Part shown: one piece after another, positions 11,890 through 23,400 of the stretch
How positions within the stretch are numbered: position 1 is the first letter of the stretch
Layout of the letters: the number at the start of each line of letters is the position of its first letter
NCBI GenBank assembly: GCA_002269645.1
Contig: NIVC01004318.1
Span: 1 to 50,742, forward strand
Length of the DNA: 50,742 nucleotides
From: Macrostomum lignano
Lineage: Eukaryota
Direction of reading: 5' to 3'
Program-made: the position numbers and the translations under genes
Notes under the pieces: generated by a model
Seen by the model: the letters and a program-made list of their open reading frames with translations, nothing else
Database searches by the model: none
What the model was told of the DNA's origin: nothing

Positions 11890-13175
11890 GGATCCTTTGA
11901 AACTTCTATCTTCTCTTCTGTTTCCTCTCCTCTCTCGTCCCTCGTCTCTCCTCTCTGCTCTCTCTCCTCTCCTCTCTTCTCTTTTTCCTCTTTCCTCTCT
12001 CCCCTCTTTTCTCTTCTTTTTCATCCCTCTTATCTCATGTCTTTTCTCTTCTTTTCTCTTTCCTCTCCTCCCACTCTTCTCTCGTCTTATCCTTCACCTC
12101 TCCTCTCTCTCGTCTTTATTTGCTCTCTGATCTCTCCTTTCTCTTCTCTCTCTTCTCTTTTATCTCTTTTCATTTCTCTCTGCTTCCCCCTCTCTCTGCT
12201 TCCCCCCTCTCTCTCTGCTTCCCCCTCTCTCTCTCTGCTTCCCCCCTCTTTCTCTGCTTCCCCCCTCTCTCTCTGCTTCCCCCCTCTCTCTCTGCTTCCC
12301 CCTCTCTCTCTGCTTCCCCCTCTCTCTCTGCTTCCCCCTCTCTCTCTGCTTCCCCCCTCTCTCTCTGCTTCCCCCTCTATCTCTGCTTCCCCCTCTCTCT
12401 GCTTCCCCCTCTCTCTCTGCTTCCCCTCTCTATCTCTCTGCTTCCCCCCTCTCTCTCTGCTTCCCCCTCTCTCTTATCTCTCCTCTCCCATCTTTCTTCT
12501 CCTCTCTACTCTCTCCCCTCCATTCTCCTCTTTTCTCTCCTCTCGCCTCACTCACATCTCTCTCCCTTTGTCTCTCCTCTCGTCTCTGTAATCTCTTCTC
12601 TCTTATCTCTCCTTTGTTCTCTCTACTCTCCCATCTCTCGTCTGTTCATTTTCGTCTCTGCTCTCAGCTCATCCCCCTCTTTCATCTGTCATCTTTACTG
12701 TCTTATATGTTCTCTCATTCTGTCCTCTGTACTCTTTTCTTTCACCTCTTTTGTCTCCTCACTTTCCTTTTCCTTTCTTCTATTCTCTTCTCTTCCCTCT
12801 TCTATATACTCTCTCCCTCTCTTGTCTCGTCTCTTCTCTCTCCCCTCTCCTCCTTTATCTCTCATCTCTCATCTCATCTCTCTTTACACCTCTCTCATCT
12901 GTACAACCTTATCTCTTCTCTCTTCCAAGTTCCATTTACTCTCTCATCTCTCCTTTCTCCTCTTTACTAACTCCTCTCTGCTCTTCTCTCTGCTCTCCTC
13001 TCATCTGCAGCTCTCTGCTCTCTCCTCTCTACTCGCTCCTCTCTACTCTCTCCTCTCATCGTCCTCACTCCCTCATATCTCCTATTATCTTTTATCTTTT
13101 CTCTTATTCTCTCTCTCACCTCTCCTCTCTTTTCGAATAGTCTATTCCTTCTTCTCTCCACTCTCAACTGCCCCT
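11890..13175. repeat. CT-rich low-complexity tract with an internal ~17-nt minisatellite (ctctctgcttccccct, ~12170-12470)
   Basis: About 1.3 kb almost purely pyrimidine on the + strand. It explains the L/S/P and R/E/G ORFs in the track. Confidence 0.95.
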
Positions 13176-13849
13176 CAGCCATAAGCAGGATTCTTTTCTG
13201 GCCTTTGAGGTAAAAGTCTGCCCATTCCTGCTTGGAAAGCCAGTTTTTGGGACGTAGTACTCTCATGGCTGTTCTCATGCTTTGATCATGTCATCTTTCT
13301 TGCCAATTTGCAAGCCCTGAAAAGAATTTGTGTATCTTCAGCTCCACTGCAGTTTGCATCAGTCTAACAACCAAGGAAATACGCATTTCTTAGGAGGCCA
13401 TTTAAATTTTAAAGTTACCTTATGCGAATCTTAATGTTAAAATTTTCATGGTGTAACTAAATTAGTAGGATTGCATTGTAATCAGTTATTCATTAATTTT
13501 TCGCTATTTTTATAAACCATCCCACATCGCCTTGATTTGCCATCCTTGTTTAACTGCTTCGACTTCTCTATACAGAGGACAGTAAGTTTGAATCTCTCGC
13601 TAAACTCTCTCCTCTCAACGCCTCTCCACTCGCGGGGGTACAGAGAAGGCTATTAAAAAGTTATTCCAAAACACTGTACACTCGCTATGTACATTGAGCC
13701 CTATCGCCTGACCCTTCGTCTGGCTCTGGGGGAATGATTGAGTGAGTGGCACAAACAACAGGAAAAGCAGACAAACTTCACATGCTTACAGTTTCTGTCC
13801 TGATTGAGATACAGAGTTGAGACTTTACATTTAGACAGAGAATAAGTTA

Positions 13850-14368
13850 ATGAAGAATTGTGTCAAATTTGAAGTTAATCGCTTCACGTGAAGCAAACTT
13901 ATGACAGCCCAAAGTTAGTCATTTAAAAACCTATTTGCACCCTTTGCCCAGATCGGGAAAGAGGGGCAGGCGGGTGGAGGTTGGGGTGGTTGCTACGCTG
14001 AAAAAAACAGCCTAATTTTAAAAGTGCACAGCACCGCTCAGGATTAACTTTGAGACTCGAAATTTTACACGATTGTGCCAAAATAGTTTAAGATTATCTG
14101 TGTCAAATTTGAAGAGAATCGGTAGAAGTGGAGCGTCGCTATGGAGGATTTAGTGAAAAAATTGCGCATTTTGAGCAGTTTTTTGCACTTTTAGGTAGGA
14201 AGACTCAAATTTAGGAAATTAAAAGGTAGCCTAAGACATTCTCCGTAGTAAGTTTAGGGTGGGTGTAAAGTTTGGTGTAATTTGGTTGAGCGGTTTGGGA
14301 GTCCATAGCGATCAAAATTGTCCACACACAGACACACACACAGAGTTTTGATTTTTATATGTAGAGAT
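13850..14368 (+). mobile_element. Possible non-autonomous Helitron/Helentron-type (Lep1/HINE-like) remnant
   Basis: Internal duplicated motif gtgtcaaatttgaag..aatcg (~13860, ~14100). The 3' end reads ggttgagcggtttggg...acacacagacacacacac...tttatatgtagagat, which resembles the remembered 3' layout of such elements. No database comparison made. Confidence 0.35.
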
Positions 14369-15019
14369 ATTCTCAATTACAGAGAGGCATGCAGTCAGAT
14401 GGCTAGCTGAGCTCGTACATATGGTTTCCATAGCAACGCATAGATCAAGTGCAAACAATCGCAGTCGATGGATCGGACTTCTTGCTAATAATATGCGCAC
14501 TAAGCCAAAGCAAATACAGAAGCTGGTGATCGGAAAAAAGAGTTCATTTCGTTATTTTATTAATTTCATTATCAGTCTTAGCTTACCACTACATGCGAAT
14601 AGGAACCCTATAGAACTTGGTCAAATGTATTTTATGTAAGAAAAAAATTAGCCTAGCGATATGACCGATTAAATGTTGAAATAATGATTTAATATAACAG
14701 TTAAAATTGTTTAGCTAAAATTTCAACACACATGGACAGTTGAGGCAGAATAAAGCTACAACTCGAATTTCTTGGAAAGAAAATTCAATTTCTCGAGCTG
14801 ATTTCTAAGAAACTCAAGCGCAGCGTTCTTCAACTTCAGCTGTCCATGTGTACACACTACTAAATACGAATAGCAAAACGCACAGCAAAATTACTATAGC
14901 TAATTTCTAGTCATGCAACTGTACGAAAAAAAACTATTGAAACAATTCAGCAAAATATTTCACCAACGTCAAAACAAAGAACAAGTTGAGGTCTCTAACA
15001 ACGAAGCGTCCACAAACTG

Positions 15020-17430
15020 TTAAATCATCGCTTTCTTCACAGCAGCCCGGCTCGCCTCTGTCGGCCTGTTGATGTACGGGTTGCACTTGGGATCATTGTC
15101 CGGGCACACGCACTCGACGCCCTGATTGGGCGCAGCCAAACAGATGTACTTGCAGTCGCCGTAGCCGCGACTGTCAGCGCAGGGATGCTCGCCGCTGGAG
15201 ACCTGCTGGCCAGAGGCGGGACAGGCGGCGCTGTCCACAGCGACGCCCAACAGCAGGTTCTCCAAGCTGCCAAACGGTCCGCGAACGAACGTTCGATTCA
15301 GGTTGACATTGTGACCGACAATTTTATTCGTTAACCAATTGGTCCAGTAGAAGTCACCGCCTTCGGCGTACGCCATGCCGAATGGTTCGCCCGACCAGGC
15401 GATGCGGATCGGTCTGGATCGCTCCACGTAGGCGGCGTCGGGCACCGGGCGCCAGAGGCACTGGACGGCTACTTGTGTCGACGAAGAATTACGACGAGCC
15501 GCTGACAAGTTCTGGAGCGAACTGTTCGGCGGTAAATCGGCCATGCTGTAACAGACCTCTTCGTTGCGACTGTCGAACCGTCTGATCACGTCGTTGGGCA
15601 GAGGGCTGCCAGTGCTGACCAGCTTGACGTGATTGGCACCGTTCATGCTGGCCATCATCACCCGCGGATCCATGCGGTCCCAGTCCGCGTAGTAAATTTT
15701 TCTGCAAGAAATACAGACTCAGATGGCTCAGGAAGATTTCATATTAACTGTGAGTCTGTTATCTTAATAGGTCAGGTCACTCACCCGAGAAACGGATCTA
15801 CTGCGATCCCGCGCGGTCTAACAACGCCGTCCTTTGGTCCCCGAAACAGCACCTTCTTATAAGCGACTCCCTGTCTGTAGGCGATCACGCCGATCTCTCC
15901 AAACCTGGCTCCCCTAGTCGCTTCATCCTTGCTGACATACTGAGCCGTGTAATAGACATTGTCAGTCTGCCAGTCAACCGCCAGGCCTTCTACTTTCTCC
16001 AGGCCTTCGCCGAACGGCACCCAGGTGCTGCTGACGGGCCCGCCTGCGCCAGAATCGGCTGTGCTGGCGGCGTACAATCTGGGATGGCCGTACACTGACC
16101 ACACCAGCTGCTTTCTGTTGCAATTGTAGTCCATAGCGACCACAGGAGAGCCGGGCCTGGGTGCTCCGGGCCCCGACGCGGCCGCCGAAGCCGACGACAT
16201 TGCGATGAACAGTCGACGAACGGTTGACGAATCGCTCTGAGAATCGTCAGCCGGCATCTGGAAGATGGCGTCGCCCTGGGCTACGTAGAGAGTCCGACCG
16301 ATTTGAGCTCGGGTTCGGCACACAGTCGCTCCGGAGCTAGTTAGGACCTCCATCCTGCCAGGTGGACAGCGGCAGACCCTCAGCTGAACCTGCTCCACCC
16401 TGCCGTCGAGTCTTCGATGCTCCACCGTCTCCTGCTCGCAGGTACCGGCGTTCAATCGACAGGTATCGCAGGAGACTGACGCTCTGCAAGAAGTGTCACC
16501 TTGGCCAAAGTAGCCGCTGGCGCAGACGCATCGGTACTTGTTGTCCAACTCGCTGTACTTGCACTCCGAGTTCTGTGGTAAGGACAAAATGATTGACTGC
16601 TTTAGAGTAATTGTCATTGTGTATGATGTAGCTTGCAGAAAAACTCAACCAAAAATGTCTTACCTTAACACATCGATTGTAGAAGTTACAGCCGGGCCCG
16701 TCTCTTTCGCACCTGAGCTTGCCGTCGCCGCTGAAGCCTTCCCGACAGCGGCACTGCCGGCGACCGTCGACCAGAGCGCATTCGGCGTTGGCGTGACAGC
16801 CGGTGGTCTCAGTGCAGGCCTCTTGGCGGCGCTGGCACCGGCCCTAAGTTGTCACGGAGGTTTCAGACTGATTTTAGATTCCGCAACAGTCCTAAAGTAC
16901 TTTCGTGGGTAAAAATGTGAGCAGTTGAACAGAGAAGCCTCGTCAGCTAATTAGTCAGTTTCTATTGTAGATTGCCGACTGTATTGAGACGGTTATCCAG
17001 GGTTAATTGGAGGTTTTTTGATTTTACGTATTACTATAGAATAGTACAAGTAGTTTTAGCTAATCTATAAAACTAAACTTGAACCAAGCTACACCATTTT
17101 AACCATTTTGTCTTCAATGAACCCCTAGGGCAGGTGTCGGCAAAAATTTTTACTTCAAGGGTCAGATTGAAGAATCAAGCTCGTGGCTAGGGGCGAGATA
17201 AGAGAGACAAGAGGAGAAAAGAAGGGAGAGACGAGAGAAGGGAGAGGAGAGATGAGAGAGGAGAGAGGGGAGAGAGGGGAGAGGGAGAGAGGAGACAGGG
17301 AGAGAGGGAGAGAGGAGAGAGGAGAGAGGAGAAAGGGGAGAGAGGGGAGAGGGAGAGAGGAGACAGGGAGAGAGGGAGAGAGGAGAGAGGAGAGAGGAGA
17401 GAGGAGAAAGGGGAGAGAGGGAGAGAGGAG

Positions 17431-17483
<53 letters not shown>

Positions 17484-20400
17484 GAGAGTGGCAAAAGAGG
17501 AGGGAGGGGAGAGAGGGGAGAGAGGGGAGAGAGGGGAGAGAGGGGAGAGGAGACACAAAAATTGAGCGGGACAGGTTAACTATTCAAAAATTTCAAAGGG
17601 CACGAGGGCCGGATTTTCCTGATCCTTGCCTAGGGCCACACCATAGAAGTTACGAGGCCCAAGCAGAGGTTATGCATATACTAAATGAGTGGAACTCCTC
17701 CTTCGGAGGAGGAAGGGGAAGAACTCCCATCGCACCTTAACTATATACAAGCTATAGCTAAGGTACACAGAATCCCCTTTGACTTTTTTGCAAAACAATC
17801 CCTCAGGCCAATTTTGGTGCATGAGCATTAAGAACAAGCGTCAGAGCAAGAAATCAAATATTCGACCTCACCTGTACCCGTTCCATTCCAGGCGCGCACT
17901 CGCAGGTGTACTGGCCAGTGTCCCGATTAAACAAGCAGAGCTCAGTGTCCGGATCGCACAGCTGCTGCTCAATACAGCTGGCCCTGTCACACCTGTTGAC
18001 CCCGTCGCCTGAGTAGCCGCGGCTGCACTGACATCCCGGCCGACTATAATTGCAGAACGCCTGAGCGTGGCACTGGCGACAGGGATTGTCCAGCACCGTA
18101 ATATTGACGCTCAGACTGGCGCTGTCCTCTCCAGCAACGCTCGGAAAGCAGTGATACTCTTTGGCGTCTGATTTCACTACGCGACTGAACCGAAGCACCT
18201 TGCGATCGTTCAGTACAAACTGCACCAGACGGTCTGTGCCCTCGTCAATCGGCATTGGCACGCCTTTGATTGCCGTCCAGATCAGATCTTTGGTTCGAAC
18301 TGGGCCGCGGATCACGCGACAGAACATCTCCATTTCTGTTTGGCCTTCGTATAGAGTGATCTGGAAGTTGAATAAATTTATTTTTTCATGCTTTGCCATA
18401 TTGGTAGACACCTTGCCTTACTAACAATCACCAAGGTCACCTTGCCTTACCGGCAATCACCAAGGTCACCTTGCTTTACCAACAATCACCAAGGTCACCT
18501 TGCCTTACCGACAATCACCAAGGTCACCTTGCCTAACTAATAATCACCAAGGTCACCTTGCCTTACTAATAATCACCAAGGTCACCTTGCCTTACTAATA
18601 ATCACCAAGGTCACATTGCCTTACCAACAATCACCAAGGTCACATTGCCTTACCAACAATCACCAAGGTCACCTTGCCTTACCGACAATCACCAAGGTCA
18701 CCTTGCCTTACCGACAATCACCAAGGTCACCTTGCCTAACTAATAATCACCAAGGTCACCTTGCCTTACTAACAATCACCAAGGTCACCTTGCCTAACTA
18801 ATAATCACCAAGGTCACCTTGCCTTACTAATAATCACCAAGGTCACCTTGCCTTACTAATAATCACCAAGGTCACATTGCCTTACCAACAATCACCAAGG
18901 TCACATTGCCTTACCAACAATCACCAAGGTCACCTTGCCTTACCGACAATCACCAAGGTCACCTTGCCTTACCGACAATCACCAAGGTCACCTTGCCTAA
19001 CTAATAATCACCAAGGTCACCTTGCCTTACTAACAATCACCAAGGTCACCTTGCCTTACCGACAATCACCAAGGTCACCTTGCCTAACTAATAATCACCA
19101 AGGTCACCTTGCCTTACTAATAATCACCAAGGTCACCTTGCCTTACTGATAATCACCAAGGTCACATTGCCTTACCAACAATCACCAAGGTCAAATTGCC
19201 TTACCAACAATCACCAAGGTCACCTTGCCTTACCGACAATCACCAAGGTCACCTTGCCTTACCGACAATCAACAAGGTCACCTTGCCTAACTAATAATCA
19301 CCAAGGTCACCTTGCATTACTAATAATCACCAAGGTCACATTGCCTTATAAACAATCACCAAGGTCACATTGCCTTACCAACAATCACCAAGGTCACATT
19401 GCCTTACCAACAATCACCAAGGTCACCTTGCCTAACTAATAATCACCAAGGTCACCTTGCATTACTAATAATCACCAAGGTCACATTGCCTTATAAACAA
19501 TCACCAAGGTCACATTGCCTTACCAACAATCACCAAGGTCACATTGCCTTACCAACAATCACCAAGGTCACCTTGCCTTACCAACAATCACCAAGGTCAC
19601 CTTGCCTAACCAACAATCACCAAGGTCACCTTGCCTAACTAACAATCACCAAGGTCACCGTGCCTTACCAACAATCACCAAGGTCACCTCGCCTTACCAA
19701 CAATCACCAAGGTCACCTTGCCTCATAAACAATCACCAAGGTCGCCTTGTCTCATAAACAATCACCAAGGTCACCCTGCCTTACCAACAATCACCAAGGT
19801 CACCTTGCCTTACCAACAATCACCAAGGTCACTTTACCTGAGTCCCGTTGCTGAGCATCAGTAGCGTGTCTTCTTTGACGCATCCTTGATCCTGCAACAA
19901 CAGTTTAAAGTACATGTGTATCAGAAAAACAGAAAAAATGTGTGGGCGCTCACTAATAAAGTTCTAATAAACTATTATTCTTTACATTCTTTTCTTGCTA
20001 CTTTTCAGTAGGCGATCTCTTATCAAATGCTTCCTATCAAATGAAATGGCGCCCTCTCTCAAATGAAATGGCGCCCCTCTCTCTCAAATGAAATGGCGCC
20101 CCTCTCTCAAATGAAATGGCGCCTCTCTCTCAAACGAAATGACGCCCCTCTCTCAAATGAAATGGCGCCCCTCTCTCTCAAATGAAATGGCGCCCCTCTC
20201 TCTCAAATGAAATGGCGCCTCTCTCTCAAACGAAATGGCGCCCCTCTCTCTCAAATGAAATGGCGCCCCTCTCTCAAATGAAATGGCGCCTCTCTCTCAA
20301 ATGAAATGGTGCCCCTCTCAAATGAAATGGTGCCCCTCTCAAATGAAATGGCGCCTCTCTCTCAAATGAAATCGCGCCCCTCTCTCTCAAATGAAATGAC

Positions 20401-23400
20401 GCCCCTCTCTCTCAAATGAAATGGCGCCCTTCTCTCAAATGAAATGGCGCCTCTCTCTCAAATGAAATGGCGCCTCCATCTCTCTCTCAAATGAAATGGC
20501 GCCTCTCTCTCTCAAATGAAATGGCGCCCCTCTCTCAAATGAAATGGCGCCCCTCTCTCTCAAATGAAATGGCGCCTCTCTCTCAAATGAAATGGCGCCC
20601 CTCTCTAACATAAATAGCGCCTCTCTCCTAAACAAATTGGTGCCTCTGTCTTAAACGAAAACGGCCCCAACAACCAAAGCACACCAGACTTCGCAGCCAA
20701 TACCTTCGGGTTCTCCGACTTGTAGCCGTACCGGCACCGACAAGTTCGCCCACCAGGCCGACTCTCGCACTTGGCGTTGGTGCCGCAGGCCAATGGCGAC
20801 GAGCCAGTCTGACCCGGCTGGCACTCGTCGCACGCTGACTTCCCGTTGCCAACTTTGCCCGGCGGACACTTGCACAGCCGGACACCGGACAGGCGGACGT
20901 CTGTCTGGCAGGTGGCGCCGCGCAGGCACATGGAGTCCGAGTCGCAGTTGGTGCAAGTCAAGGTCAAGGAGGTCGCGTCCTGCCTGTCCACTGTGTAGCC
21001 CGGCCGACATTCGCAGACGCCCGACATGCAGCCCATTGTGGCGTTTAGTATTTCCAAATCGTTGGGAAGCACATCCTTGTTGCAGTCCTGTAAATGTTTT
21101 GATCACGTTTTGTAGGGGTGGTGGAGCCGTAAGGTGCACAAAGAGGCACTTTAGTGGTCTATTTCGTGTATGCTTTGCAGTGCACCTGATGTATGCCTAA
21201 ACGTCACCAATATTTTTAAAAAGAGGCATTAAAGGTGTACAATCGGTGGAGTGGTCAGGCATTAGGGAAATGGTCCGTTTTGATTGGTTGCGGTGGTAGG
21301 GGCAGTAAAGGTACGTAAGGTGTACATGATGTACAGCGTAAGCAGGTGCATTTCCAAAACATGCACGAAACAGGCCACTAAAATGCCTCTTTTGTGCACC
21401 GATCGCTCACCTTTTATGCCTACGCAGCTGCATAACTTTTCTAACGGGAATTAGTAATAAAAATTATAACTGAGAGTTGCATAGTGAGTTTTGCATTAGT
21501 AACGAAAAGTTTCGAATCTTTTTAAAGAATAGTGAGGAAAAGTAGCAAAGTTGGAACGCCCCTTGCATTGCTTCTACGCCTGGAGTGCCCACTGTGCACC
21601 TTTTGTTCCCCTTTTGTGCCTCCAATGCACACTGTGCACCTATAATGCACCCAACTCCCCCATGACACCTGTGCCCCTACCGCCTATTTCGTGCCTTAAA
21701 TTCACCTTTTGACCCTGCAGAGGCACTCAGGAGAACACGCGGTGCACAAGTGGAACAAAATAGGCATAGGAGAGGCGAAAGTGAGGCAGAAGGTGCAAAA
21801 CTCTTCACCTTTTATGCCTACTTTAAAAAATCAAAATCCAACGGGTGTCCGCCTGTGCGTATGACTGCGTACGTATCCGCGCGCTTGTGTGCCTGCTCAG
21901 GGGAGTCGGCGGAATGGGCAGTGATGTCTCCCGTCGGTTGTACGACAATGTCGCTTAAAGTGCGCCAGGCTGCAGGACCAACCAAAACCGTCTCCAACAA
22001 CGGAAAACCCAAGGGCTGAACAACAATCGCTTTAATTCTCACCTGCACAGTTCGGCAAGCGATGCTGCACCCGCCCAGCCGGTTAGCAGCGAATCCGGGC
22101 TTGCAAACGCACGCGTTGCTAACGGGGTCGCACTGGGCATTCTCCATGCAGTCGCTCGGCTGGCAAGGTCGGGAGAGGCACCTGCCCGCGGCGATGCTCT
22201 TGGGCGGAGGGCAGGTGTCGCACAGGCGGCTGGCGTTGCAGAATGCGTAGGCACCGGCGTCAGAGCAAGTGGCGTTGTCGGCGCACAGCTCTGGGAGGCA
22301 GACTCGACCGTCACCCTTAAAGCCTTCGTGCGAGTTCGAAGTGGTGTGGCAATATAAATGTACATGTACAGGCGTACCTTAGAGCTTAAATCACAGGTGT
22401 ATCTTGGAGCTTAAACCCCAGGTGTATCTTAGAGCTTAAACCCCAGGTGTGTCTTAGAGCTTAAACCCCAGGTGTGTCTTAGAGCTTAAACTCCAGGTGT
22501 GTCTTGGAGCTTAAACTCCAGGTGTGTCTTGGAGCTTAAACCCCAGGTGTGTCTTAGAGCTTAAACCCCAGGTGTGTCTTTGAGCTTAAACTCCAGGTGT
22601 GTCTTGGAGCTTAAACCCCAGGTGTGTCTTAGAGCTTAAACCCCAGGTGTGTCTTAGAGCTTAATCCCCAGATGTGTCTTGGAGCTTAAACCCCAGGTGT
22701 GTCTTGGAGCTTAAACCCCAGGTGTGTCTTGGAGCTTAAACCCCAGGTGTGTCCTTGAGCTTAAACCCCAGGTGTGTCTTAGAGCTTAAACCCCAGGTGT
22801 GTCTTGGAGCTTAAACACCAGGTGTGTCTTAGAGCTTAAACCCCAGGTGTGTCTTTGAGCTTAATCCCCAGGTGTGTCTTGGAGCTTAAAAGCTTAAACC
22901 CCAGGTGTGTCTTTGAGCTTAAACCCCAGGTGTGTCTTGGAGCTTAAACCCCAGGTGTGTCTTTGAGCTTAAACCCCAGTTGTGTCTTGGAGCTTAATCC
23001 CCAGGTGTGTCTTAGAGCTTAAACCTCAGGTGTATCTTGGAGCTTAAACCTCAGGTGTATCTTGGAGCTTAAACCTCAGGTGTGTCTTTGAGCTTAAACC
23101 CCAGGTGTCTTGGAGCCTAAACCTCAGGTGTGTCTTGGAGCTTAAACCCCAGGTGTGTCTTTGAGCTTAAACCCCAGTTGTGTCTTTGAGCTTAAACCAG
23201 GCTGGGCCTCACCTTGACGACACACGCAGGTGCTGGGACCGCCGTTGGCTCCCGGCAGGCAGTTGGCGAATTGACTGCAGCCGGCTTGCTGTCGGCAGGC
23301 GGCGTCCGCCTCGCGGATGCACTTGCTGCTGCCGCACTGGCAGCGGTACTCAATGCCGCTGCGAGTAGCCTGCTGCATGCAGGCGAAGCCGTCCTCAGGA

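Noticed and set aside
11800-13184. Long ORFs (up to 354 aa) over the CT-rich tract, and similar ORFs at 17155-17740
   Set aside because: Low-complexity DNA lacks stop codons; the products are L/S/P or R/E/G strings.
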